Part shown: positions 17,810 to 27,827 of the stretch, piece after piece
Layout: every line of letters begins with the position of its first letter
Numbering within the stretch: the stretch's first letter is position 1
DNA from: Prasinococcaceae sp. CCMP 1430
Lineage: Eukaryota > Plantae > Prasinodermophyta
Reading direction: 5' to 3'
Length of the DNA stretch: 45,517 bases
Assembly (NCBI GenBank): GCA_013416795.1
Contig: RQSC01000602.1
Coordinates: 77,224-122,740 of the forward strand
Notes under the pieces: model-generated
What the model was told of the DNA's origin: nothing
Seen by the model: only the letters and a program-made list of their open reading frames with translations
The model's database searches: none
Made by a program: the position numbers and the translations under genes

Positions 17810-20800
17810 AGGGTGCGATTACAATACGAGAAGACGCAAGCGCAAGGTTGCGTAGCGCGCGTGTGTAAGATCTAGGTGCATGTGTGAGAGCGAGCTATCC
17901 ACCCGTAGCGCGGCTGCGAGAGCTGCGCCTTGGGCGGTCGTGTGTGTGCACGCCGCACGCGCGGAGCACGCATGCCGACGATGAACTGTGCAGGCCGTCG
18001 GCAAGGACCCGAAGGACCTTGTCCGTCGGCCAGCGGCTTGGGTTTGTCGCCGTGACCCTGTGGGTGAAGAGGTGCTCGATGGCACTTCTGGAGGACCTGT
18101 GCGCCCGGCCCAGGGTGTCGAACGCCAGCGTGTGGAACTGGATGCCGTGGTGCGAGCAGATCTTCGCGTACTTCTGGCAGTGAACCTTGTAGAGGCGCTC
18201 CAGGCCCGCCGCTGTGGACGGGTTCGCGCCTGCCATGTTGATCTTGGCGGACGGATCCGTGAAGGTGACGTCGAGGCAGTGTCTGTTGCCATTGTTGGTG
18301 TCGGTGATGACTAGGTCCGAGCGCAGGTCAGTGGGCTGGCCATTTTCGTCAGTACCGAACGAGTACTCGAACGAGTTGGTGGAGCTGGGGCCGTTGGTGT
18401 GCACGTGGTAGCCGGTGCGGCGAGCGACCTTCGCGAAGTTGCGCACGAGGCGGTTGTGGCGGTAGGTGCGCTCCCCTGCTGTCGACAAGCAGACCGTGGC
18501 GTGGGCGCCGTTGATGCCTGCTGCAGAGTGGCACGAGGGAGCGTGTGGGGCGTCCGGAGAGACGAGCCTCGACTGCAGCCCGAAGCGACGACACCAGGCC
18601 ATGCAGTAGCCGCGCTCGGTGATGCGAGGCATGAGCGGGTCTTGTGGGGAGGCGAAGCGGTGTCTGTAGACAGGGTGCTTGAACGTGCGATACATGCAGT
18701 TGTCCTTGTGCAAGACGGAGCTGAGGCGAACGAGGTCCTCCGTTGTGACGTTGGAGAGGGTGAGGAGCTCGTTCTTGATGAGTCCGTCGACGGCTTTCTG
18801 CAGGATGTTCTGGCAGACGTCCGCCGGGATTGACATGGAAGCTGGGTCGGCATTGGCTGGGAACGGTGGAGCTTTGGTGTCGTGGTCGGTGTTGAGCATG
18901 GTCTGCAGGGCCTCGTACAGGGCAGCGCCCGCTGTGTCGGGGCGGGTGAAGTACTGCCAAGCGAGGGGGTGGCGTGTGGCGAGGTGAAGGACTGAAGTCC
19001 TCGCACCAACCCACGCCGGCAGGCGAACGGTGGAAGGGGCGCGCATACCGAATCCTCCCTGGGAGATCGGAAGCCCGACGTGCTTGGGGAAGATCTTCGC
19101 CAGCGACTCGGTGCGGGTCGGAGTGTCGTCTGGCGGGATCTGGCCGAGCGCGCAGTCCACTGTGGCCTGAAGCAGGGCGTGGTGACGCTTCACGAGGAAG
19201 TGTGTTGGCTCAGCGTACCTGTCCTGTTCGCCCCTGCCGCCCGGGAAGAGGCCGCGCAGGAGGTAGTCGCTGATGGGGTGGACGCACATACGGAGCAGCA
19301 AGAGCGCTGCGCTGTTGTGTCCCCACGCGGAGAACTGGTTGCAGGCGGTGAGCTTGCGGTAGTACACCGCGTCCTTCTTCGCGAGAGCCCCTGCAACGAA
19401 GTCCTTGGTGCCGAGCGGGAAGCCCACGACGACAACGCCTTGAACCGCCCCTGGCGCGCATCCGGCGGTGGAGGTGCGGGGGTCGGGGGGAAGGGAGTCG
19501 AGGTAGGCGACCACCGCCTTGCCGTCGCCCACGGTGAGCAGAGCCGCATCGAGGACGCAGTTGACGTCGGCGATCTTGTCGAGGAGGGCGTTGCCAAGCG
19601 CCTCCTTGCGGGCAGCGGTGAGCCTGTCAGGGTGGACGTGCATGCGCAGCTTGCGTTGCTGGGACTTGGCGAGCGCGACCACTTTGGCGGCGCGTCCACT
19701 CGCCCCGTTGACAGACGCGATGCAGGCGCGAAGGCCCCTCGGAGCGATGTGTAAGCAGCGAAGAGCCGATGCCACGTCCTTGCAGCGCTGCTGCTCGAAG
19801 CGTTGCTGACTGCCTTGCGAGCCATTCGTTGCCGCCGCCCGCCGCTCCAACTTGGGCTCCTCAGCCGCCAGTAGCGAGATGAAGGCCCGAAGTTCTTCGA
19901 CGGAAGGCTTGCTTGGGATGGTGGAGAGTGGAGGAGGGGGTAGCGCGGTCGACTCTTTGCCGTGGAAGGCGGAGTGGGGGCGGAAGGTGACGACTTTGTC
20001 AGAGTCGAGACCGTGGTAAGTCACCCCCACTGTGGCCATCGCCTCGTTGAGCAGATCCGTGGCCTTGGCCAGCGGGACCTTGGCGCCGTCGCAGACCGTC
20101 GCGACGTCGTCGATGATGGAGAGGACCATGGCGTCGGGGTCCAGCTTGCGGATCTCGGTGACGTACTGCATCAGTGGCTCGCGAGAGACCAGGCAGTGCA
20201 GGAGGGACCCGAAGGCGCATCCTTGGGTGGCGCCGCGAGACGAGATGACCCGTTCGTTGCTGGCGCTGCCAGCGACGAAGAACGACGTCGGGCCGCCGTA
20301 CAGGAGGCGCACGTAGGGCAAGAGCTCCGGCATGTCACGCTTGACCGCATCGAAAGTCTTGGTGCGGTGTGGAGTCTGGAACGCGTTGGCCGCATCGGCA
20401 GTGTGAAGCACACGCGTAGACTCTGCGGGCGTGATGGCGTCGGCGTCCCTGAGGTCTCCGTTTTGGTCGAAGTACGCGTCCAGAAGAGCGGCTTGGACCA
20501 TGTGGGCGACGGCAGAGCATCCATCGACTTCCATGCCGAGCTGGTGGCCTCCGGTGTCTTGGAAGAGCCGGCGCGCCTCGAAGATGGTCTGGCGTACGAC
20601 GGTGGCGCTGAGGATGCGTCGAAAGATCGGCAGGATGCCCACAGGCCGGATGGATGTGGGGTCACCTGTCTTCTTCTGCAGCGGGAGAAGCATGCCCTCG
20701 CGAAAGTAGCGGACGACCGGAGAGTTCGGTTCGAACGGAGCGGTGGAGAGCCACTTGGCGAGGGCGGTGGCGGCGGAGGGCGCGACCTCGAGCAGGAGCT

Positions 20801-21012
20801 GGATGAACTCGTTGCGCCAGCCCCAAGCGTCTGCGGCCTTGCCGCGCTTGAGGCGTTCGAAGGCGAGCAGGAGTTCCTCCGCCGAACAGTCGATGCCCTC
20901 ATCGGAGTCAGGGGGAGGTGGCGGTGGAGCTGGCGGCCACGTGTACGACTCGTAGTCATCCTCTGCCTGCGGGTGAAGCTCGCGCAGCTTGTGCAGGACG
21001 GCTGGGTCGGAC
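17810..21012 (-). mobile_element. CRE-like (R2 group, RLE-encoding) non-LTR retrotransposon; open ORF 21098-17895; probably 5'-truncated
   Basis: RT motifs KRGKAADAWGWRNE, LLPLQK..IRPVGI, HQLG, DAANAFQ, SRGATQGC, IIDD, GFPLG and GLPISQGGFG. C-terminal H-x3-C...RHN, then RSD...LDVT...KY...FDTLG of a PD-(D/E)xK-type endonuclease. No internal stops. Confidence 0.85.
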
Positions 21013-21500
21013 GCATTTTTGTGCCGCGCTGTTGCACGCGCGCGCAGCTGGCGTGTGCAGCACAAGGCCACGCCCTTCCGCGCGAGCGTGCGCCACACGA
21101 TCGATGCGACGCGCCACCGCGCGCGGCCGCCGTGCTATGCGCGCTCTGCAGCGCAACAAAACGCCTGCGCGTGCGCCAAGATGCCTGCGCGGGGCCGCTG
21201 TGCTATCCGCGCTTTGCAGCGCAAGAAAATGCCTGCACGCGCGCCAATCGCACGCCGCATTTTTATGCCACGCTGTCGCACGCACGCGCAGCTAGCGTGT
21301 GCAGCACAAGGCCACGCTCTTCCGCGCGAGCGTGCGCCTCACAATTGATGTGACACGCCAACACGCGCGGCTGCTGTGCCATGCGTGCTCTGCAGCGCAA
21401 GAAAACGACAGCACATGCACCAAGACGCCTGCGCGTGGCCGCTGTGTTATACGCGCTCTGCAGCGCAAGAAATTGCCTGCACATGCGCCAAGACATCTGC
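21013..21500. repeat. Diverged tandem duplication (period ~244 bp), each unit with ~68-bp sub-repeats ending GCAGCGCAAGAAAA-like
   Basis: GCATTTTT..GCC.CGCTGT.GCACGC..GCAGCT.GCGTGTGCAGCACAAGGCCACGC starts at 21013 and again at 21257. Confidence 0.85.
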
Positions 21501-21889
21501 GCCGTTCCCGTGCGTGCCTCTACCGCATGAACGCTGCAGATACTCCCATTGCACACGCGGCGCGCACGTCAATGCGCCGACACAAGCGGATGGCCACTAC
21601 GCAGATGCAACGCAGCACTTGTACAAGCCTCGGATGCGCCTTGAGCAACAACCCCTGCAAGACCTCGTGCTATTCATGCACAGCGCAAAATCAACACGCG
21701 CCCGCTGCGTGTCGCCAGGATACTGCCCAAACACCTACCTGAGCGTGTTCATCTGCTGTTAAGGTTCTACCTTCGTGGACCACTCTCTCGGCTCCATCCC
21801 CCCCCCCCTTGCCGTCATACGCGAGGGGGAGAAAGAAAGGACAGAGAGAGAACATCGGAAGATCAGCGTGGACCTTGTATGTACATTGG

Positions 21890-22612
21890 GCACGCTGACC
21901 TGCGTCGACGATCGGGTAGTCCGTACGCCCCTGCCGCCACGTCTTGAAGAGGTTCTGGTCGTGGCACCAGGGGAGCACGCGCAAGTTCTCCAGGAGCGAG
22001 CTCTCGCGCGTGAACGGGTAGTGGAAGGCCTTGCCAGACGTCAAGCGCGGAGATCTCGCCGTAGTACAGGAAGGCGCTCAGGCAGCTCGTGCTAGGCGTA
22101 TCGCCGTCGTCGACCACGCGCTGAAGCTTCGCGCGGTCCATCTTGCCCAGGTGGCTCTCGGCCCCGATGAACTGCATGAACCGCTTCATGGCGGACTCCT
22201 CTCCGGGCGTCCTGCGCTGGGGCAGCAGGGGGTTCGACGACGCCTCCGCGGGTTCCTCGAGGCCGAGCTCCCCGACCGACTCGCCGTCGTGGTCCGCGAG
22301 GCGAGGCGCGGGCGTCAGCCACGCTGGTGCGAACAGTGGCGAGCGTCGTATGTCGAAAACGCCTTGCTGTCGTCACCGAGCACGTTCCATCGCTCGAACT
22401 GGAGGTCGGCGTTGTACGTGTGCTTGTCACGCACCAGGCTCACGGGGTCGAAAAGGTGGTTGATATTGACCGGTTTGGCACTTGACTCCTCGCAGACCTC
22501 CAGCAGGGCTGCCAACATCTCCGCCGATCTCCTGATGACCAGCTTGGCACCCAGCGCGTCGAGCGTGCCCGCGAACGCCTCGAGGCTCTGCTTGAGCCAC
22601 CAGAGCAAGCAG
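21890..22612 (-). pseudogene. Plant-type cryptochrome, N-terminal/middle part; frameshifted and internally deleted
   Basis: WWLKQSL, NHLFDPVSLVRD, YNADL, SSNPLL..TPG, STSCLSAFLYYGEIS and LLENLRVLPW..FKTWRQGRTDYPIVDAG, spread over several frames. Confidence 0.9.
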
Positions 22613-22617
22613 CTGCT

Positions 22618-23085
22618 GGCTGGATCCACAACAGCATGTGCGTGCTGTGCGCGAGCTTCCTAGTCAAGTACATGCTCATACCGTGGCATTGGGGCCTCAA
22701 GTACTTCAGGGACGGCCTACTAGACGCGGACATCGAGTCGGACGTGCTCGGCTGGCAGTACATCAACGGCTGCCTGCCCTGCGGTGTGCCGTTCGACGAG
22801 CTGCCGGACCTGTATGCGGAGGACCTGAAACTCAACCTGCAGGGGCGCTACGTGCGCTGCTGGGTGCCCGAGCTGAGCCGGCTGCCCAGCGAGTGCATAC
22901 ACAGGCCCTCGGCGACCGACTGTCCGACACTCGAGGCCGCGGGTGTGGAGCTCGGCGCGACCTACCCACTACCGGTGTCGGACGAGACGACCGCCCGCGA
23001 GCGCGCCAACAACGCGCTCGAGCACATGCGCTCGGTCGTCGCCAGTGGCAACACCTCGGAGCCGGCGCCCTACACGGCCGATTAA
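22618..23085 (+). pseudogene. Plant-type cryptochrome, FAD-binding C-terminal part
   Basis: GWIHN..SFLVKYMLIPWHWGLKYF.D.LLDADIESDVLGWQY...RYVRCWVPELSRLP..AGVELGATYPLP. It keeps the plant-CRY Asp (ESD) at the position where photolyases have Asn. Confidence 0.9.
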
Positions 23086-23129
23086 TCCCATTGGCTCCAT
23101 TGATGTCGACAGAGCAAACAACCAACTGT

Positions 23130-23325
23130 TTCGAAAGCCCTGGCGGACCCCGTCTGGCGCGAACCAATGCGTGCTCTTGTAGAGTCCCACACGGACTCCA
23201 CATGGATACTGGTACCTCAGGAAGTCGTGCCGCCAGGGACCAAGATCCACAACTCGCTATGGCGTCTCGAAACAAACCGTGATGCCAACGGTGCCATCAT
23301 CAAGCGCTTGGCTCGATGGGAACGA
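23130..23325 (+). mobile_element. Ty1/copia reverse transcriptase N-terminal fragment
   Basis: Translates as PTVSKALADPVWREPMRALVESHTDSTWILVPQEVVPPGTKIHNSLWRLETNRDANGAIIKRLARW, matching the copia RVT_2 start (EAL..P.W..AM / TW.LV / W..K.KRD..G.I..YKAR). Confidence 0.75.
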
Positions 23326-23441
23326 CCAGGACTGACCTGCTGCTAAGGGTGCGATTACTGACCTGCTGCTAACTGACCAAGTGTCATGCACACCGGCTCT
23401 TCCAAGCCCAGCCGTCGATGCCGCCATGGCTGAGGCACCTA

Positions 23442-23582
23442 TACCGCTCCATAATGAGCTGCCACACCAGTCGCCCATCGACTGCGGCACCCCCCTCTCA
23501 CCTACCGCTCCATAGTGAGCTGCCACACCAGTCGCCCAACGACTGCGGCCACCCCTCTCACCTCGCTCCCCAGTGAGCTGCC
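23442..23582. repeat. 61-bp tandem repeat, ~2.3 copies
   Basis: TACCGCTCCATA.TGAGCTGCCACACCAGTCGCCCA.CGACTGCGG at 23442 and 23503, partial at 23563. Confidence 0.85.
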
Positions 23583-23710
23583 TACGAAGCCACCCATGGC
23601 CGAGGCCCCACAAAAGTGTATGCCATCGACACCGCAATGACTGAGGCCACCTGTTTCTTTCCAGAAAAGATTCGAGCTCATATGCTGCTAAGGCCCCAAG
23701 AGGTCGTCTG

Positions 23711-23958
23711 CTCACTGAGCACAGAGCGTAAGCCCTACAACAGGCAGCACAAGTCCCGAAGGGGCACATCTGCTCACTGAGCACAGAGCGTAAGCCCTAC
23801 AACAGGCAGCACAAGTCCCGAAGGGGCACATCTGCTCACTGAGCACAGAGCGTAAGCCCTACAACAGGCAGCACAAGTCCCGAAGGGGCACATCTGCTCA
23901 TTGAGCACAGAGCATAAGTCCTACACCAGGCAGCACAAGTCCCGAAGGGGCACCACAT
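23711..23958. repeat. 62-bp tandem repeat, 4 copies (first three identical); putative copia 3' UTR array
   Basis: Unit CTCACTGAGCACAGAGCGTAAGCCCTACAACAGGCAGCACAAGTCCCGAAGGGGCACATCTG at 23711, 23773, 23835 and 23897 (fourth diverged). No spacers. Confidence 0.95.
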
Positions 23959-24111
23959 ATGCTTCACGTGTAAGTCCCCACCAAAGGCATCGAAGCTCTG
24001 AGCGTAAGTCCGTACCAAACGGCAAACCCAAGTCCCACAACGGGCACCGCTTCTAGTGTAAGACCCCACCAAAGGCATCGAAGCTCTTGCATCCCTGCTC
24101 TGGCGTGCTCT

Positions 24112-24425
24112 AGGGGGAGTGAAACAGATACAAACCCTCTTACCGTCGGCACATCACCTAACCCAAACTGCGCCTACCCGAAGGATATTGGCCCACTCGC
24201 GACAGTGGGACCATACGGAACCGGGGCGGGAAAATGCGCCCTGCGCAGGCGCAGAGGCGGGTAGTGTGTGCGCGTCAGTGCGCAGCGGTGCCACTCTGCA
24301 CGCAGTAAGACAGCACACCTAAAGGGGGAGCCCCCGTGTGCCTGTGCTCGTGCACGCGCCACTGCCGCGCCTCTCACGCGGCAGCGCCGCCGCCGCGCCT
24401 CTCGCGCGGCAGCCACGCCCCCAAC
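24112..24425 (+). mobile_element. Putative copia polypurine tract (24112-24119) and adjoining LTR-like segment
   Basis: AGGGGGAG is immediately followed by TG, downstream of the 3' UTR repeats. The right boundary is inferred only from where gag-pol similarity resumes (~24437). Confidence 0.45.
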
Positions 24426-24436
24426 GTGGTTTTCAG

Positions 24437-24845
24437 CCTTACACATCCTGTCGCAGAGCAAACATCTACGGAAGCACATACCGAACCAAGGCCATCTCGA
24501 CCAGTCCTTGTCACTCCCATGGCAGGACAACTCAATGATGATGAAGTGGCCATGGTCGCAATGACTGCGATTTCAATGGCTTCATGCAAGCCTATGCGTA
24601 CGCCTTTCGCTCCTGGAACCATCATCGATGCCAGCCAACCCATACCGGACAACCCCTACCGTAACATCGTGGGGAGTTTGACTTTCCTTGCTGCTACCAC
24701 TCGCCCCGACCTGGCATTTACTGCCTCTTTCCTCGCGCGATGGAATCACCAGCCCAACGAAAGTGTGCTCAAGATCGCGAAGCGCGCCCTCCGTTACTGC
24801 CAGGGTACTCGTCACTATGGCATCTTCTTTCAGTCCTCCACCAAC
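24437..24845 (+). mobile_element. Internally deleted copia pol: gag-protease linker piece fused to RT C-terminal piece
   Basis: 24437-24570 is a diverged direct copy of ~16990-17120 (VAE..STEAH.EP.PSRP.LVTPMAGQ..DDEVAMVAMTA). It is followed by PYRNIVGSLTFLAATTRPDLAF...KRALRYCQGTRHYGI. Confidence 0.85.
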
Positions 24846-25049
24846 CTTGAGCGCACGGCCAGGTTGGCGCTTGTGGACCATGCGGTTGGCGCGGTCGGCC
24901 TCGCTCATGGTAGTAGATCATGAGTGTTACACTTACTGTTGACATTTGGGAGGGGGAGGTGGCGTTGCGGCCACAAGAGGGAGTCACGTGCACTGGTGCT
25001 CCTCCGGACATGATGCTTGGTGCCGGTTATTGGGTCAGGTTAGCCGTTG

Positions 25050-26982
25050 TCAGCCAGTCGCGTCGCCAGCAGCGTCCTTCTCAGCCCATGCGCGGACGAA
25101 TTGCTCGCGCGTCGGGCCATTCCACGCAGGCCCAGCGTCGGCCCATGCCTCGGGGGTGATTTTGTAGATGGCATGCAGATAGCCAACAAAGTGGTCATCC
25201 GCCTTGGCTGCCATCGATCCCTTGACAGTCGACACCTTTGGGGGGTGAGCCGAGGCTGGATCTGACTCCGACTCGATGCGCGCGTCACGACTCTGGTCTT
25301 CGTGAGGCGTTCGGTCGTCAGCCGAGCCTTCGTCCTTCATCGTGGCGGCCTTGCTGGCTGGAGCGGCCACGTGGTGCGCGTACGGGTTGAAGTTGCACAG
25401 GACAGACGATGTCCAAAGCGGCGCCTCCGACCCGTCCGCGTACGCCTCGACCCTGCCCTTGCCCGGCAGGAGGACGAGGTTTCCTGCGTGCTTGTAATTC
25501 AGCATGGGTACGCGCGCGACGACGTCGTGCCCATGAACAAAGCGCCAGTGACCCCGCAGCTGAGGCCAAGCATCGAGCTCGGCCGCGAACTGGACGTCCC
25601 CAACTCGGGGGGCGCCAAAGGTGAACAGCGACACCTTGACGTCCTTGGGCAGGGCGTTCACCTTGGACAGGCGCCACGCCATGATGTTGGCCAGCGATCC
25701 GCCCAGACTGTGCCCGGTAATGTACACCTCCTTCAAGTCAGTGTGTCGGTGTGTCAGTTTTAGTAGCAGGAGCTCCAGCTCCTTCGCAACTGCACATGAT
25801 GAGCGCAACGATAGACAGTCGTCAGCTCGCGCGATTCAGGACTAGCACACCCGCGCGCGCGCGCGCCAGCGCCAGCACGCATAACGCACGAAGGAGCACG
25901 CTGGGGGTCGCACACGCGCACGCACCGCCCATGCTGTAGTATGCGTCATGAAAGCCGTGGTGGCAGCGGGGGCCTACGGTGCCGCGCGCGTTGCCCACTC
26001 GCGTCTTGAGGAACTCAAGGTCGGTAATGATGTTGGCCGTGCTGTCCGTGCCGCGAAACGTCACGTAGATGCTGCGCGTGGACCCCGACACGAGGACCAC
26101 GGCGTTGGTATCGACATTTCTCTTCTTGCCCTGCTTCGACCGACCGCTATCCTCATCCTTCGAATGGATGTACCACAGCGCCCGGATGTCCTCGCCGATC
26201 TTGAGTGAAGGCAGGATGGTCGCAGTCAGGCGCGCCAGGTGCGAGTTCGAGCTTCTGAAGCCCTCCGCGAAGGTCGCACCGAGCTCAATCGCCTCCGCAA
26301 TGCGCTTGTGTGCATCCGCGTCCACGGCGCCGGGCCTCCCACCGTCGCCTTCGGAGGGGATTGGAGCAAAGTCCTCCTTGATTGCTGCGGCGCCTCGGTC
26401 GTACGCGCTCGGCAGGGTAGGTTGTGGTGTTTCCCGGATGGTCATCAGCTGCTGCTCCGTGGCTGGCTCCTTCGCCTTGGCCGATGCGATGGCACCGTCG
26501 TTCGCTTCGGCGTCGCCTGCCTGCCTGTCCAAATTCTCGCCAGCGTTGAGCCGCACCTCGTCGGACCAGCCCTCAGGGGTGAAGAAGTAAATGGCGAAAG
26601 ACGAGATGCACATGAGCGTCGCGAGCTCCTTGGGAGGCAGCGGAGGGCGCGAGCGCTCTGGGCGCGCGCAAGGCGGCAAGCACGTGTGCGCGTAGCCGAC
26701 CCACCTGGCCCGCCGCGCATGCTGCGCGTGCTCGCGTATGGTGGAGTCAGGCGCGCAGCAGCACATGCAGAGGGACAGTGCGCCGATGAACCACTCCCGC
26801 ACGCACAGCAGCGGGATGCAGAGGCACGCTCCCCCCCTGGTCGCCTCGGCTGCCGCGCGCGCCTCGGTGAGCGCGCCATGTACGCCCTTATGGGTAGGTG
26901 ACGAAGGGAGCGGCCCCGAAGTCGCCTCACCCGCGGCAGGCTGAGCCTGGGGGGCGTTCGCGTCGGCTGTGGCGGGTGGCAT
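25050..26982 (-). CDS. Class 3 lipase (alpha/beta hydrolase), multi-exon
   Basis: Motifs IYVTFRGTDS, CHHGFHDAY, YITGHSLGGSLA (GxSxG), FTFGAPRVGD, RFVHGHDVVARVP and YKHAG. Intron ~25925-25790; the 5' exon structure is less certain. Confidence 0.9.
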
Positions 26983-27827
26983 TGCCCGCAACGCGCCGCG
27001 GCAGCTTGCACTGGCGGCGGCGGGGCCCCTGCAATTTGTCAGCGCACGGGCGGCTGTTTGCGGGCGGGCGGGACCACGGGCCGCTCGCGCCGCTGGAAGG
27101 TTGTGAGGGGGGGCGGCAGGAATAAGGACCCGGCGAGGGCCAGCCTGGGCGGCTCCCTTGACGGCCCGCGACGAATGCGCCGCTCGCGCTGGCGCCCTCG
27201 CGTCGCGCAGCGCGGCGGTGTGGCGGTCGCGCGCCGGCGCGAGGGAGGCGCCGCCGCGCCGCGCTGCGCGCGCGCACGCGCTGCTCGCGGCGCGCGCAAT
27301 GCCACCACCCGCAGTTGCAATTGAATGGAGCGTGGCCGTCCAGTGGCGTCCATCGGCCGCAGCGCACACATCCACTTCCAGGCGGGACGTCGCGGGACGT
27401 CCCAGCCAATCAGAGCGCGCGTGGGAGGCACGTTATTGATACTTGTCAGTAGTACTAAAAAGTCTAATAAGCACGTTACTGTTCAGTACTAGATGTGCTG
27501 AACATGCACACGATGCATGTTGAGGTCGCCCGTGGTTGTACGTAATGTGTGATTTTGAATGACAAAACTTTTCGGAGTTGCACCACGTTGCTGAGGTCAG
27601 CGAGTCTCCCGCGGCGGGCCAGGACGAGCGGGCGCAGCGGGTGGGCGCCGACGGCGCACGCCGCGCGGACATGCCGCCCACGCTGGGCGCGCGTTGTGGT
27701 GGCGGACGGACGGAGGCGGGCACGGTGGCAGGGTCGCGGTGAGCGTCGCGGTGAGGGGACGGCGTCGATTGTGCAAGAAAAAGGCATTATTGATGAAAAA
27801 AAACGCATGGACGGCGCAGCGGCGCAC

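Larger units (their letters stand above)
15530..24990. mobile_element. Composite retroelement island (scrambled copia pieces, CRE-like non-LTR element, cryptochrome pseudogene, tandem repeats)
   Basis: Visibly more A/T-containing than the flanking genes. Contains retroelement protein motifs in both orientations and internal duplications. Borders are approximate. Confidence 0.85.

Noticed and set aside
17895-21098. Group II intron, retron, DIRS or telomerase RT
   Set aside because: The C-terminal RHN / RSD / LDVT / KY endonuclease pattern and GLPISQGGFG thumb motif fit RLE-type non-LTR elements. There is no tyrosine recombinase, RNase H or intron RNA context.
21890-23085. Functional cryptochrome or photolyase gene
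   Set aside because: The halves are on opposite strands, with frameshifts, internal deletions and a missing N-terminus.
23711-23958. CRISPR-like array
   Set aside because: The 62-bp units are contiguous with no unique spacers, no cas genes are present and the context is eukaryotic. The same unit follows the copia RNase H end at 15917-15995, so it is a retroelement UTR repeat.
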